A stretch of DNA of 64,000 nt from positions 90,520,001-90,584,000 of the forward strand of contig CM060731.1 in assembly GCA_030704615.1 (NCBI GenBank). Reading direction: 5' to 3'. The position numbers were made by a program, and so were the translations under genes. Positions 1 through 13,192 of the stretch are shown here, one piece after another; the first letter of the stretch is position 1, and each line of letters begins with the position of its first letter. This DNA is from Takakia lepidozioides. Lineage: Eukaryota > Plantae > Bryophyta. The notes under the pieces were generated by a model. The model did not search any database, was not told where the DNA came from, and saw only the letters and a program-made list of their open reading frames with translations.

Positions 1-902
1 GGCACTTCAGCTGACAATTCTGGTCAGTCCCGTAACATAGACAATGCTGCAGTGGAAGAAGAAAACACTGCCTACATTACATATTTTCAGAAAGCATGGG
101 ACTTCATTTCTAGTAATAGATATACCTAAACCTCCATTCATTTAGCTTTATCCATCCACATGGAAGGGAATATCAGCGCTGATATCTGATCCTTCAGTCT
201 TGTATGGTACACCTATCTAGAAGGTTCATCACTCCATTCTCATGACTGCCCGGTGAAGTGCTCAAGTGGATTTGTCTCATGAATGTGTTGCATCACTTTG
301 CTCCATTTCATTGCTCAAAACATGTTGCAGCCACTAAAACATGAATGACAAATGCTCAAACAAGTTCTCAGGAAAGTGACAAAAATGTACTCTCAAGAAT
401 GTGCTTTTACTTCACATGCAACCCCAATGCTTCACCCAAGGTCTTCCTCCTCACTACCTCTTCCTCATCTGCTCCTCACATCCTCCATATCCTTACTCAC
501 AACTCCAAAAAGCAAAATAATTGTTCCTTCTTCTTTGCTACCTAAATCCTCCAAGGCCAAGCTTATCTCCCCTGTCGTGCGCATACACATCGCTACACAA
601 CTACAACGCTGTCCAAACCACACAATACATGCATACCACAAACCAGTCTGCCAACTAAACTCACACTGTCATGATACACAAACACAAAATACAATCACTC
701 ATTAAAATAGGCAGTCGAGCCAGGGGCACCCCAAGCTCTGGGGACTCCACCCCACGACATCCTACTCTCCCTCCACAACTACACTCACACACTCACATGC
801 TAAGCAGCGAGGGAGCTCTCGGTCGTGCAAGCTCAACTTGAGAGAGAGATGAGCCGCACAACTGACGAGCACGAGGATAAGATCTTCCAAATATCAAGTT
901 TA

Positions 903-1009
903 TTAACTGAGCAGCAGCAGTAGCTGCTGAGCACCACCTTCTCAGTCAACCCCCCCCCCCCCCCACCATTTTTTTTTTTTTTGGTTTGTTTTCTGATCTC
1001 TCCCTCTCA

Positions 1010-1040
<31 letters not shown>

Positions 1041-2291
1041 CCCTTTTTTTTTGCTGCTCACAAAAATAAACAAACCACAAGGGAGAGAGGGTGCAGAAAA
1101 AGTTAAAAAGAGAGAGGGAGAGGGAGAGAGACAAAAGAGATGGAGGGAGTGGGAAGAAATTCACGTCATGTCAAGACATGGACAAGACCCATAAGGGTCA
1201 TTGTCAATTAAAGACATGCCCAAGTAGGACTGCTTGGTGGCATATTGTGATTCTGACAAACTGCAGGCTAGTCCTTATGCCTTGGCTGATGCATGATTTG
1301 TCATAATTAATGGCTGAAAAGGTAAGTTGCTGCAACCCGTGGGTCATGTCCAAGATGTATCTATGAAAACGTGTCTTGAAATGGTAATAGGGCAAGCTGG
1401 ACCATGGTACTTTGCCCTTTGCATAACCTCAACACTTTTGTGCTCCTTCAATACATGACCTGCTAGTAAGGTTTGTGTGCAGGCTGAACCAAGAAGCCTT
1501 ACAGCTTGCACAGGGGCAGCAATATCTTATCTTGTCCCACACAAGAACAAACCCCGCCCTCCCACCCTGTTTTGTCTTAGATGATTGGGTGTTGTCATTT
1601 GGGATGATTTGACAAGACTGGAAGTGTGAGATAGTGCCCTATCATGTCAAGGGAATGTGAATTCAGCCTGTCAAATTGCAAGTTCAAGACTTATACATAC
1701 AAGCAACTTGAACAACCGAGATCCAACCTCTTTTGCATATAAAAAAACCAGATTGCAGGTCATAGGCCTGACGTCATGACAAAACCAAAACTATAGGTAG
1801 GATCCCATTGCAGCTTACCATCCTCATCCTTCAAGAGTTCCATGCTAAAGCATGCAAAGAACACCTCACTATGATCCAGTACTCATCAGAAACAGGCCCG
1901 AAAAGGAGCAGGTCGGTGCCTTATCAGGCTGCTGCCATAACATTCAAGGCCACCATGTCCATAGAGACCCAAAACCGCCAAAAACATACCACCTAAAACC
2001 AGATCCTCTTTGGCCAAAAGAACTTACAACCTAGCTCAATAATCCACAGGCCCTGCTGTCAAAGATCAAAAGGTAGGGTATGGTTTGTATGCAAGCCTCA
2101 GGAAACAGGCCAAACAGGCCGAGCTGCGCATCGACGGCAGAACGACAAAGGCCAAAACACAGGCTGTAGCATGCCAAACCAGGAGCAGTCGGGTTGAAAT
2201 CGGGGTTGCAGGCAGCAGCCACCTCACAGCGCAATAACCCACAGGTCTCCTCAGCCCATATCCCAATCTGGATGCTCAAGAAACTTCAAAG
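903..2291 (-). repeat. Dispersed repeat family A, copy 1 (outer end on the left)
   Basis: 1085-1810 is the reverse complement of 16492-17110 and of the 29.7-29.9 kb arm end. 1900-2291 is the reverse complement of 38160-38560. Outer end has (TC)n, poly-T, poly-C and the CTCAGTCA motif. Homology stops at AAACTTCAAAG (2291). Confidence 0.85.
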
Positions 2292-3437
2292 AGATCCGAG
2301 CAAGATTGCCAGGGCGGTGAGCCTTTATGCCGATGGAACCCCTCTCGTGTCAAGAGTTCCACATCTGGAAGGCGAAGAGAGATTCGGCTCTTGCAAGCGG
2401 AAATTGAACACCCCACCTGGTTCGGATGCGGATTCGCACAGGGCAGACCGGGACAACTTCTTCACGCCGCGTGTTCCCTTGCATCATAGATCCATGTCCG
2501 GAACCACCACTGCGGAGGATCCTTCCTCAGGACGCCAAGCCCTTACATCTCCCTCTGTCATTGCAATAGTGCAGGAGAATAACATGCTTCCCGATGTGGT
2601 GGAGTCTATATGCCCCGACGATGTTAGGCACATAGAACGCACCGATGTTGGGTCTCGGGTGAAATGTTCGGGGATCGGGACCACCACTTTCAAAAAGTGC
2701 ACATTTTTCATATCAAGAGGCAGTCCCCGGACTCCGACTCCGACTTTCACTGGATTTTTCCAACCATACGGCCAATCAGAGGCCAAGAACCACAAATTCT
2801 GGTTCTGCGCTGATGACTGTGGCAGAAGCGTGCGTGGAACAATGCGACCATCGGTGGTCATGAAGCCTGCTCCACCAAGCGTTTGGCATGTGAAGGTGGG
2901 GACAGGTCTCTCAGCTCAAGAGATTGCAATGCTTGAGGATGCGGGCTTTTCCCTTGAAAGGCAACGGACTGTGCGTGCAGGTGCATTGTGTTCTGCAAGT
3001 TCTCGATTGCCTCCACCAGATGCTCAATTGTGGCCAACTAGACGGAATGGAAAGCTTGTTCGACGTTTCCCTCCAACTGCTGAACACTTCGGCAAGGTGG
3101 AATCGACAAGATGCTTCAAGGTTGTGTTACAGGCACAACGGAAGTTCCTGATCTAAGGTATGGCCGGATCTACACAGTGGTGACATCGACATCTGCTCTG
3201 CAGGACAAATGTTACGACATCTCTGTCTCGAATTTCCCCAATTGCACCTGTCCAGACTTTGTTAGCATGCTTTCAACAAGTTTGGGAAAGAGAGGAAAAT
3301 TCATTCCCTGCAAACATCTGTATTTCATCTTCTTGAAGACGATGGTTTGTGATCCCAAGCGGGACATCTTCATCCACGAGGCCACTATGGGTTTCAACGA
3401 GGTGAATACACTCTTGCAGCGGGAAACAAGCACATAG
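2292..3437 (+). pseudogene. SWIM zinc-finger protein, 5'-truncated and frameshifted; probably transposon-derived
   Basis: ORFs 2194-3156 and 3111-3437 overlap. The C-terminus has YDISVSNFPNCTCPDF...CKHLYF (SWIM CxC-xn-CxH). Upstream PTFTG/FWFC/VWxV motifs are shared with the copy at 44.7-45.7 kb. Confidence 0.75.
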
Positions 3438-3934
3438 GTAGCATCCACTTCCGTTGGGTGGATCTGAAATTTCCCAACCAGGTCTCCATATGCAATGTAT
3501 CGTCAAGTATTGTGTCCCCCGGTTTATGTCCTCCCAGTGGAGTCATCAATCATGTTGCGTAGTGTCCGCAATTTGTTGCATGTATTCATCCAACAATAAA
3601 ATGTATTGGATGCGAATGGTTTGTCATTTCATTTGTACTAGTAGTTGTTGAAGAGTCTTCCAAACACTTGTGCCAAGAAGCCAACTCTCATTTTGAAGGT
3701 GTGCATGAAGAAAGTCATCACACATCCGCCACTCCTAGCTATGAAGGCAAAGCTTCCGCGTGCGAGTGGTGGCACTTTAAGACTCCATCTCCAAACCTTT
3801 AACCCTATAGTGCAAGATATGAATATGAAAGGCTAGGTGTGTAGCCATTTCTCATTTGCGGTTCTCAGGTTGAATATGTTCATGAACGAAGTCCGCGGAT
3901 ATAGGACCCTCGGTTATAGGCACCCTATGTTCCT

Positions 3935-4250
3935 GCTGACGTGGCGTTGGCTGTCCTAGTGCAACGTCAGCATACTCAGACCACCTCAGCATGCTCACGC
4001 CACGTGGCATGACCGTAGGCTCACGCCACGTCAGCTGGCGTGAGCATAGGCTCACGCCACATCACCATTGTATGAGCGTACGCTCACACACTCACGCGCG
4101 GCGCTCACGCCGTTGCGTCGTTGCAACCCACCCTAGCAAATGTGTTTTTGCTAGCAGAGCGGATAGGGCTCAAGGGTAATGCTTCCACGTGAGCCTTGCC
4201 GCGTGAGCGTGTGAGCACGTGAGCGCAGACAGGCTCACGCCACGTCAGCA
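3935..4250. repeat. Array of GCTCACGC / GCGTGAGC / CACGT motifs in both orientations (more at 5409-5470)
   Basis: Repeated gctcacgccacgt, gcgtgagc and ctcacgc read directly in the sequence; resembles subterminal repeats of a DNA transposon. Confidence 0.6.
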
Positions 4251-7187
4251 TTCTTTCGAACGTAGAGCACCTAATTCCGCAGAAGGAAAGTCGATCGCAA
4301 CGCCTCCGGTTGCCCACCTTTATCATCCGGAAAGGTTCCTTCCCCATCCACATTCAGTGCGGATGAGAAATCACGAGAGGATTGCAAATGGGAAAATTCT
4401 GAAGTTGAAGGCCAATCTCCCAAAATATCATGCGTTGTCTGTAGTCACATGGAAACTTGCAAATTCATCTGCAGCGTAAGAAAATATGTAGTCCATTCCG
4501 GAAACACCAATCTTCATCCACCTTTTATTTTTGAAACTTTTTGTTCAAAAATATGTCGCCTTTTACATGGAAAGTATTGAGTGTGCAATGGCTCGATTGA
4601 TGGCACAGTGGCAAGGGCTCGTGGACTGCGATCACCGGTGCTTGTTGCACATTCTTGTTGAATAAAAACAGTTCATCGTGTGTCTTCAGGACGAGATCAC
4701 GATTGCAAGGTGGAATCCGCAAGAATTCTTCGGGCGTGGGTAACAGGTATTATGGAAGTTCCTCCCCCACGTTATGGTCGGGTGTACACATTCGTCAACT
4801 CTGGCTCCGTTCCTCATGACATGGCATATTAGGTGGCGGTGGGCAATTTTTTCGGATTGCACCTATCCAGATTTTATAAGCATGCGTGAGGGCAGAGAGG
4901 GAAGTGGGTACCCTGCAAGCATCTGTATTACATAAATTTGCACAATATGATGTATTGTAATTCCAAAAGAGACCAGTTCACTCACCAACCCACGCTTGGT
5001 TTCAGCGAAGTTGATACTCTTCTGCAGTGCGACAGTTCACAGACATATTGAGTAGTAGCCTATGTAGTGTTTGGGAACATGTCACTACAGCTTTTGGAGA
5101 TTGGTGGTTGTTGTAGACGTTTAGTAAAACTATGCTACATAATTACAACATTTCGGTATGTCTTTTACTCTCACAAATTTGTGGGTGACTTCATTACAAT
5201 TCATGCAATGTTTGTTTGTCTTTGAAGTCAATGTATGCTCTAAATCAGCAGTCTTTAAATTGCATGCTTCTCTGTCCAATTTTTGTGGCATTAATGACAT
5301 GGCTCTTGAGTATTTCTTTCTACCCATACTGGTGTTTGTCCACGGGAATAGACCCTCCTCGTCATGTCCTCGGCTATAGGGTCTGCTTCTCCTGCACTCT
5401 AAACCCTGCGGCTCACGCTTAGTGGGTAAAGCATGAGCTAGCTCACAGGCTCACGGGGCTGGGCTCACGCCGTAGCTACGCTGCTTGCATTATAAAGTAA
5501 GACACATCATAGCTCATGCAGTATGTTAGGCCATCTACCTTTTCCATTCAAAAAATTTCCTTGAGTCCCAATTAGTGATTCAGACCATTGGGTAGACAAG
5601 AAGTTAACCCGGTTATAGTTATCCTTTGAGTCCTAGTGAGTGATTCCGAATTAAGTAGATGCAAGAACATGACCTACCAAATGGGGATTCCAATCAAAAT
5701 AGAAATAGTAAAGAGGGCATCAAATTGGCTGAGATTTGCTAATTCAGTCCCCTAATGTATGTAATGTATGGGCAGTTGCAGGCTACGGTGGACCAAAAAC
5801 TGCACAACATGGCAGTTTCTGCAGTGACCTCTATTGATTGTACCTTTTATAGTAAAATCACAACTCAATATTTCATACAAGTTTATACGGTCTAAGATTT
5901 GTAACTACAGTAGAGACATACTCCAATTTTTTTATTGTAAAAATGATCATCTATGAAAGAGCTATGGACTCTTAAAGTTGAATCTTATGGACTGCAGAGT
6001 TACAAATGAAAAACCATATGGACTAAAAAAACATCATATACACCTAAGTAATAGCAAAAAAAAAAACACATTAGGGGTGCCATTTTTTAAAGCTACCCAA
6101 ATGCACTTTTATATGGACTAAAAACATCAAGGAATGAGAGGTATAGACTAATTTATACTAAACACTGGGCCCAAACTGGGCCTATTTTCCCTAATGTACA
6201 TCATCCTCATTTAGAGGCTTTTGGGATATCATCATTACTAAAAAGGTGTAAAAACCTATAATCTAGAGGTGCCAAGTGATATATGGAAAAAAAAATCAAA
6301 AATCTCTAATTATTATAAATTAAAAAAATGGTTTTTTATTTTCAGAATTAAATACTAAATATTTGGATAAGTTCCCTCAATTTGAAGTACCTATATAGAC
6401 TTTCATGGAGGAAAAATCTGCCTCTTTTGGTCCACCGTACCTTGCAACTGCCCGTATGTAAACCACACATACCTTTCCATCTAGCATATTTCGCATGTTC
6501 ACTCCCAAGCAGACACATAGGTTTTGGTTGCAGTTTAAGATGCTACATAGTTTGTGACTACGTTCACCAGTTGGTTATTGATTCAAGAATATCGGGATCT
6601 ATTTGTCGACGCTGAGAAATTCCAACCTAGAGAGTGAGAAATTGGCAGAAGATATGTTTTGGTTGAGCTAGGGTGAGATGGAGGCTTTCAAGCAGAGTTT
6701 TCTTTTCCACACTGCATTCTCATCTGCTGCCAAAAATTTGCAAGGAAAGCTTCCACCCGCTGGTCCACATCATCATCATTGTTCGTTGTGACTTCAAGCT
6801 TCTGATTCTGCGGGTCTATTTCCTTGGTTTCAGCAGAGGTGCTTGCTACAACAATGCCAAGGCGCACAAAAGTGGAAAAGAGGGTTTCTCCACATCCCTG
6901 TCTCTGTCATAAAAATCTGCAGTAACATGCCCCAACAAACTCTGCAGGAATAAAAGTTTCCATGGAATCATAAACAAAGCACAGAAGAAGACAACAATGA
7001 CGTTTCGTGGAAAGTGTGGACAGTCAAGCGGTTTTTCCTTTGTACAATGATTTGCTTTTGCTGATAAAGAGGATCAGTGGTATCCAATGAAGCCTTCAGA
7101 CATTATCAGTTGATACACAAGCCCAGAGTTTGCTTGGTGTAAGAGCTTCTTTGTCGTAGAGGAGCAACGACAAAACTCTCACCTTCA

Positions 7188-8720
7188 GCTGGATGAGTGG
7201 TGCATATTTCTGTCATTTGTCTAAGGTGGAGGAAGTTGGGAAACGATCATTGCAGTATGTGAATTCAATGAAGTGAATGGAGGGATCTGGGGATGGGGTA
7301 GTGGGCTGGGGGCGTTGATGGGTAAACCCTGGATAAACAAGATGTTAGGGCAGAGCCGGGAGGGGCAGGTGCAGGGTGAGCGGGGACAAACACAGGGGAG
7401 AAGCCAGGGGGGGACAGTATGGTCTAGGGGTCTACTTTGGTAGGTGCCGTCATTGATGAATGAGAACCATCTGGTTTCAGGGCGGTTCATGATAAGTTTA
7501 TGAATATGCCAGACGGCGTGGTTGTGACGAGTAATACGGAGGTCGTGGATGACCGGGTGTGTACACTCACTGAGAAGGTGTGGCCATATGTCATGCACCT
7601 GATGGGTATGTGATTAGAGTGGGCAGTTGGGGGATGGGAATAGGCGTGGCCAGAAAATGTGTTTGCGTTGGTGGCCCATGTATTGAGCGTATCGGAATTT
7701 GAGATTTTGTCGTATTTGTGCATCAGTTGCGACTTTGGTGTGCCAGAAGTAGTTTGACAATTTATGATGTAGTACAGTGGATTGCGTCCATTTCTGGATG
7801 TGTATTTTGGTGTGACTAATAGAAGCCGATGCTTGTTTATTAGCCTCCCGAGTAAGTACGGTTAGGAGGTTGCGGATTGGTCGAAGCTCAGGGGGTCTGG
7901 TACAGGGTGTATTAGCCAGCATGGGTGGGTGTGTGCAATGTGAATGGGATCCGATGTGGGATCTACTGGGGGCCGAGCGGCCCCTTGCTGGGCTAGGAGG
8001 TCAGCTACTTCGTTGCCAGTAATACCAGTATGTGAATGAACTTTGATAAGGTGGACTGGTTGGTTCAAGTAAATAAACAGATTAACAATGGCTATAATGA
8101 GGTTCCGGTCAGGGTGGTGGTGGTGGGAAGAGGGTCGAGAAAGGTGATTTCGAATAAGAAAGAGTGAGGTCAGACTATCAGTGAAAATGTAGTGTGGGGG
8201 GGGGGGGAGTTGGGTTTGGGGGATGAGGCCAACTGGGAGAGTGCTTCATAGATGGCCATAAGCTCTGCGCATAGAATGGTGGCAGGGCCGGGGAGTCTAA
8301 GGGCGACACCTTGGTTAGTGGCGGCATGGTATATGCCATAACTAGCTTGGGAGCCGGTTAGGGAGCCGTCGGTATAATGAGAGTTGGTTGGGGGGTATCT
8401 GAGGGGTAGAATCTAGTGGGATAATGGGGGGCACCAACAGCAGATAGTAAGCAGGGGGTGGGGGGCGTGGTAGCGCCCTTGTCCAGGCTTTACATGGGTT
8501 AATCCTGGGGATTGGGCCAGGAGCAGTAGGGTATGGGGATAGGTGCGAGAAGGTGGTGACCTTCATGCCATGTGTACCCGCTAATAGGCGGTTGAGGTAG
8601 GCGGGGAAGTCCGGGGTATGGAGGTGGGGGAGGTATTTTGAACATGCAACACCAAGGTTAGGGTTATCACAGTGCAATAATAGGAATGCTGACAAGTCGT
8701 AGTTAACAGTATTGATAAGC
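7188..8720 (-). mobile_element. Dualen/RandI-like non-LTR retrotransposon fragment (RNase H, CCHC-like finger, restriction-like endonuclease)
   Basis: Minus-strand translation gives CAELMAI...YIFTDSLTS...KVHSHTGITGNEVADLLA (RNase H), then SPNCPL...DIWPHLLSEC, RHNHAV, RLCPNIL, EFTYC and KYAPL (RLE). Contains stops and frameshifts. Confidence 0.8.
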
Positions 8721-8833
8721 CTCGGTTAGCCTTAGTTAGCGTAAGTTAGCAGTGACTCAAGTCAGAGTACCAAAATAGTAATTGGAGATAACTCAAAGTT
8801 CAGCTGTAGTTATGCTACAGTCATCTCAGCTAA

Positions 8834-9331
8834 GAGATAAGAGAAAAGACTACGGCCGAAGCCGACGTAACTAAGAGTCACTTCGCCTCGCGGCTACTGC
8901 CCCCTTTCGAGGGTGGGCCCTATAAGAAAACAGGTGTCCGGGGGACACCGGGTGATCAGGGGGATAGAGGTGTCGAGGGTACCTAGGGTACCGAGGGGGG
9001 GTTGGATTCAAGTTGTCGCTTATTGGTAATAATCGCTGTGAGGGAGCGAAGAGCCGTGAGGTGGCTTGCATTTAAACATTTATGAACATGAGAGATAGGG
9101 ATTTTAAAGTTTTTGTGTATGGCAGTAATACTAGCATTGTGGATGTCACCTCTAACACCGGCAGTGATGACGGTTAGCGGGCCGGTTTGCCAGTCTTGTT
9201 GGCGAATTGCGAAGATGAGCAAGGCATATTTTTGTCGTTAGTCTAAAGTGGAGGAGCTGGGGTAGTGATCGTGGCAGTATGTAAATTCGACGAAGTAAAT
9301 GGTAAGATTTGGGGAACGGGCGTGGGCGGGT

Positions 9332-9370
<39 letters not shown>

Positions 9371-9692
9371 AAGCCATGGACAAGCATGATGTTAGGGCAC
9401 AACATGACGAGACAAGTGCAGGGCGAGTGGAGGCATACACATGGGAGTAAACATGAAGGTACAATGGGGTCTGGGGGTCTTCCTTGGTAGGTGATGGTTT
9501 TAATGAGTGAGAACCATCTGGTTTTGGTGCGGTTCATGAAAAGTTTATGAAGGTGCCAGACGGCATGGTTATGACGAGTTGTGCGAAGTCCGTGAATGAC
9601 AGGGTGGGTACATTGGCTGAGGAGGTGAGGCCAGGTGTCGCGCACCTGGTGGGTGTGTGAGCAGAGTGGGCAGTGTGGGGATGGAAATAGGC
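8834..9692 (-). mobile_element. 5'-truncated Dualen/RandI-like insertion with intact 3' end and 12-bp TSD
   Basis: RLE-region ORFs 9238-9645 and 8983-9222 are followed by a 3' UTR ending GTAGTC-TTTTCTC. Flanked by CATCTCAGCTAA (8822-8833) and CACCTCAGCTAA (9693-9704), one mismatch. Confidence 0.85.
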
Positions 9693-12600
9693 CACCTCAG
9701 CTAATTCTGGTGTTAGACCTTGAGTGTAAATAGGGAGAACTCGAAGGGGGAATAATATCTCGTTGTGTTCATATGGTTGGGTGGAGAGCTCTCAGTAAAT
9801 CATTTCATCTTTCATCCCTATTCTTTGTCAAATTCCAACAAAATGCACATTATCTTGGATTGGAGGGATGTAGAACATCTTTTAAGGTTTTTTTCAAAGA
9901 GGAGAAAGTGCAAAATATAGTCAGCACTATCAATATAAGGTTTTCTTTAAGTTGGAACTTAAACATGCCTACTTTGTGAGAAGAGTATTAGGGTGCTTGC
10001 TCTAGATATAAGGAGTTTTTGACATATAATTCAACCCTTAACATCTGCACACATCATGGTTTTCTCTATGTATGAAATTCCTCCCCCCGCCACAACTTGT
10101 CAGGATCAGGCCATCTCATCTCATGTGAATATTTTTGAGGATGAGACCTGCACCATGGCCCATGGGCATCTCAGTGGTTTTGTGAGAACATGGTGCATTT
10201 ATTCTCTTTAGACTATGGTGCAGTGGTATACTAAAAATGTAGGTCATGTTGACATTGAGCTTGGTTTGTGTAGCAAGAATTCGGAGACCAACCTTGACAA
10301 AGGGAGGCCTGCCATAATTCCTCCTGTTCTTTTTCAAAAAATGTATAGAAGTTGAGCAACAAGGAATGCGTAGACAATCTATGCTATTTGAGGGCCTGAA
10401 CGAAGAGCGGCAGTCCAAGGTCAAGGCCCCATAATCGCAGAGCACCGACCCGAAGAACATACCCTTGTGTAAAAAATGCCATATTTTTTACCCCGCTGCC
10501 AATACTCCAGTACCACGTTGCACTCAGCCCTTGATGCCCACTAGAAAGAAATAAAAAAAAGTAAGAGAAGTTTGAGGGGGTCCTGCCAGGCAGAGTAGCC
10601 GCTGACCAGGCCACGCAAAATGCCCACTGAGGTTTTCTGCTTTTTTTTTTTTTTTTTTTTTTTTTTCCTGCTTTCTAAGATCACAATAAATAAAAGAAAA
10701 ATTTAGGGCAGGTCTTTCGAAGCTACTAGTGGCATAGTACAACCACATATGTGCAAAAACCTCATGTTGTTCCATGCTCCACTCATAAATCCATTGTTTC
10801 AGACATGAACTACCTCATGCGTTTATTATTTTTTGGATTAATTGTCATAATAATGATAGTTTCAATGAATCAGGTGTCATATGCCTCCAGAGCCTCCTCA
10901 TGCACACATCGTCAACTGATGATTGAACTGATAAACTTGACAATATTACTCTCATCTGTATTGGGTGGAAGCAAGCCCCCAATGGCCAGACTTTTGCCAC
11001 CACAATTTTACTGCATGGAATCCCACATTGCTGGGCAGGATGCAACAATATTGGTGAGATATTTAATCTAATAGACCTCTTCCTGTAACTCTTTGAAACT
11101 TCTTAGGAATGAGTCACAAGATTTACAGTGTGACCAGTAATTAGTGCCCTAGTGATCAGTTTACCAAATTTTCCAGTTAACTTGGACAGCAGTGAAGTAA
11201 ATGGGTGGCACTGACTGTTTTGAAGTATTTGCAACACTTTTTGCGGGTTGACTGAGGACCTTGAACTATAATAACGGATGGCTCCTTATACTTAAACAGT
11301 TGTGTTGGGGGAAAAGCAAAAACATTAAGGGAGAACAGGAGAGAAGAAAGGAGAAATACGAGAGTCGAGTGGCAGAAAGGGAGACTAAGAAGCACAAAGT
11401 AAGAGACGAGAAAGAGGGAAAAAGAGAGATTTCAAGACAGAAGGAAGGAAAGGATTCGTCTGTGAAGATAATCAACTTCTGCCAATCTGTCGAAGTCATG
11501 GCGAGGAGAATCTGCAAGCAAGTAGAAAAGAAGAACATGGAGACAGAAAAATTGCAAGACTTCTGTAACAAAATTAACTGGAATGTAGTGGGGCCTGATT
11601 CCAGTTAATACACCCATAAAAAAACTGAAGAGGGGCCAACTGTAAGTGGGACCTAAATTTGCAGTTAAGGCTATAGGGTTTCAGTTAACGGTGCACTAAC
11701 TGTAAGTGAGGCATCCCATTAAGAGCCCTGAAATCCAAAAGTGGCAAAACAGTGCATCAGTGCTCTTCAGACCTCTCATCCTCCGAGACAAGTAACCACC
11801 TTCCACCTTAACTGAAAATGAATTTGAAATCCTTGAAAAACCCCACTACTGGCAGATTCCTCATAAAAGAATTAGGTAGCATCTACATTCAATAGATTTG
11901 CAGTTGAGCTTTCTTGGCAAGTTCACAAAAATCAGTTCACCTTAGAAGCCTCCTCACTGAGGCAACTAGAGTCATTATTTAGTCATCGATCCCAACGACC
12001 ATGCCTACAACATTACTAGCTATAATGAAATACACATTAAGATAAATATAAGAGTGCCATTGCATAAGTGTAGCCCCACTTGACTAATCTGGAACCTATG
12101 CAGATGAAAAGTAACATTTGGGGCCACAAAGAATAGAGATGGCAAGAGTGCTCCATTTGGATGGGAAAGGCTACACCCATTCATTTAGGATATTGGAGAC
12201 TTGGGAAGAGGAAAAGTGACCGAGAAAACTAGAAGCCTTTTACCAATGAGCAATAAAAATATGTAGATTTTTCTAGTTCACATGATGAGTTGTACCAAGT
12301 ACAAATCCCACCCCCAAGTGCCAGGCCAGTTTCTTTGCAGATGCTGTGTTCAAGTTAGCCTTAGAAGGGGGTAAACATAATATCGCTTACATGTAAACAC
12401 TAGCTAGTGGATAAGAAACTTTATAAACTAGCATACAGGATGATCCGACAAGTTCATGGTATAAAGCAGATTCTACAGGAAACCACATAACCATAAATCC
12501 CTGAATGAACTACAAATTTTGCAACTGTCAATGGTCTTGACACGGTAAAAACCCTAACACCTGTCTCAGGAAAGGGTAGACAATCAACCATTTTGAACAC

Positions 12601-13018
12601 CTTTTGGACAATGGGAACAAAGGCCTCCAAGATAGTGAGAGACATTGGAAAAGTGGAATCGTTCCTGTAAGTTTCTGGTAGCACGGTGGATATAGCTGAG
12701 GCTTATGGAAGAGGTAGGTTTCTTTGAGAGAGAGATTAAGGCACCCAGAACTACATTACAAAATGTGACAACAAGGGAAGAAGACCACATCTGCCAGCAT
12801 GCTAATACAGCCAAAGTAGACTGGGGACAACATGAAAAAGCGATCTGTTTTCCTTGGGATGGCTTCCAAACACTGCTGACTCATATCAAAATGAAAAATC
12901 GGACTGCCAAGTGAGGATTGCTGCGAGCAACGCACTTTACCAAGTGGCCCAAATCAGCATCCGTGAGGCCAAAATAATAAAGAGTGGTTAAGATAACTGG
13001 GGAGGGTTGACCTAAGGG

Positions 13019-13192
13019 CTAACCCAGCATTTTGGAGAGCCGCACAAGTCCGACGGTCGCCATCCGATGGTCTGGTTCAATCTTCAAGACTTGACGTAAG
13101 TCCGCCACGCCTAGCTTGTACTTCTCCATACTCTCATACAAGTACGCACGCTGCATAAGCAACTCAACTTTGCCCCCATTCATTTCGATGGC
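13019..13192 (-). CDS. TPR-domain protein, last exon
   Basis: After a CAG acceptor it reads AIEMNGGKVELLMQRAYLYESMEKYKLGVADLRQVLKIEPDHRMATVGLVRLSKMLG*. In phase with the upstream exon. Resembles the C-terminus of the plant TPR family containing Arabidopsis AT3G16760 (recognised from memory). Confidence 0.9.
   Translation of the reverse strand, partial: AIEMNGGKVELLMQRAYLYESMEKYKLGVADLRQVLKIEPDHRMATVGLVRLSKMLG

Noticed and set aside
1-70. Minus-strand exon after a pyrimidine tract and CAG
   Set aside because: Too short at the window edge; one frame has a stop and there is no recognisable protein.
10539-10731. Mini CACTA element (CACTAG...CTAGTG)
   Set aside because: Only a 6-bp terminal match and a mismatched 3-bp flank (GCC/GCA); insufficient.
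11177-11720. Lys/Glu-rich ORF and a 12-bp inverted repeat (11573-11609)
   Set aside because: Low-complexity purine tract; no domain, TSD or second copy to support a call.
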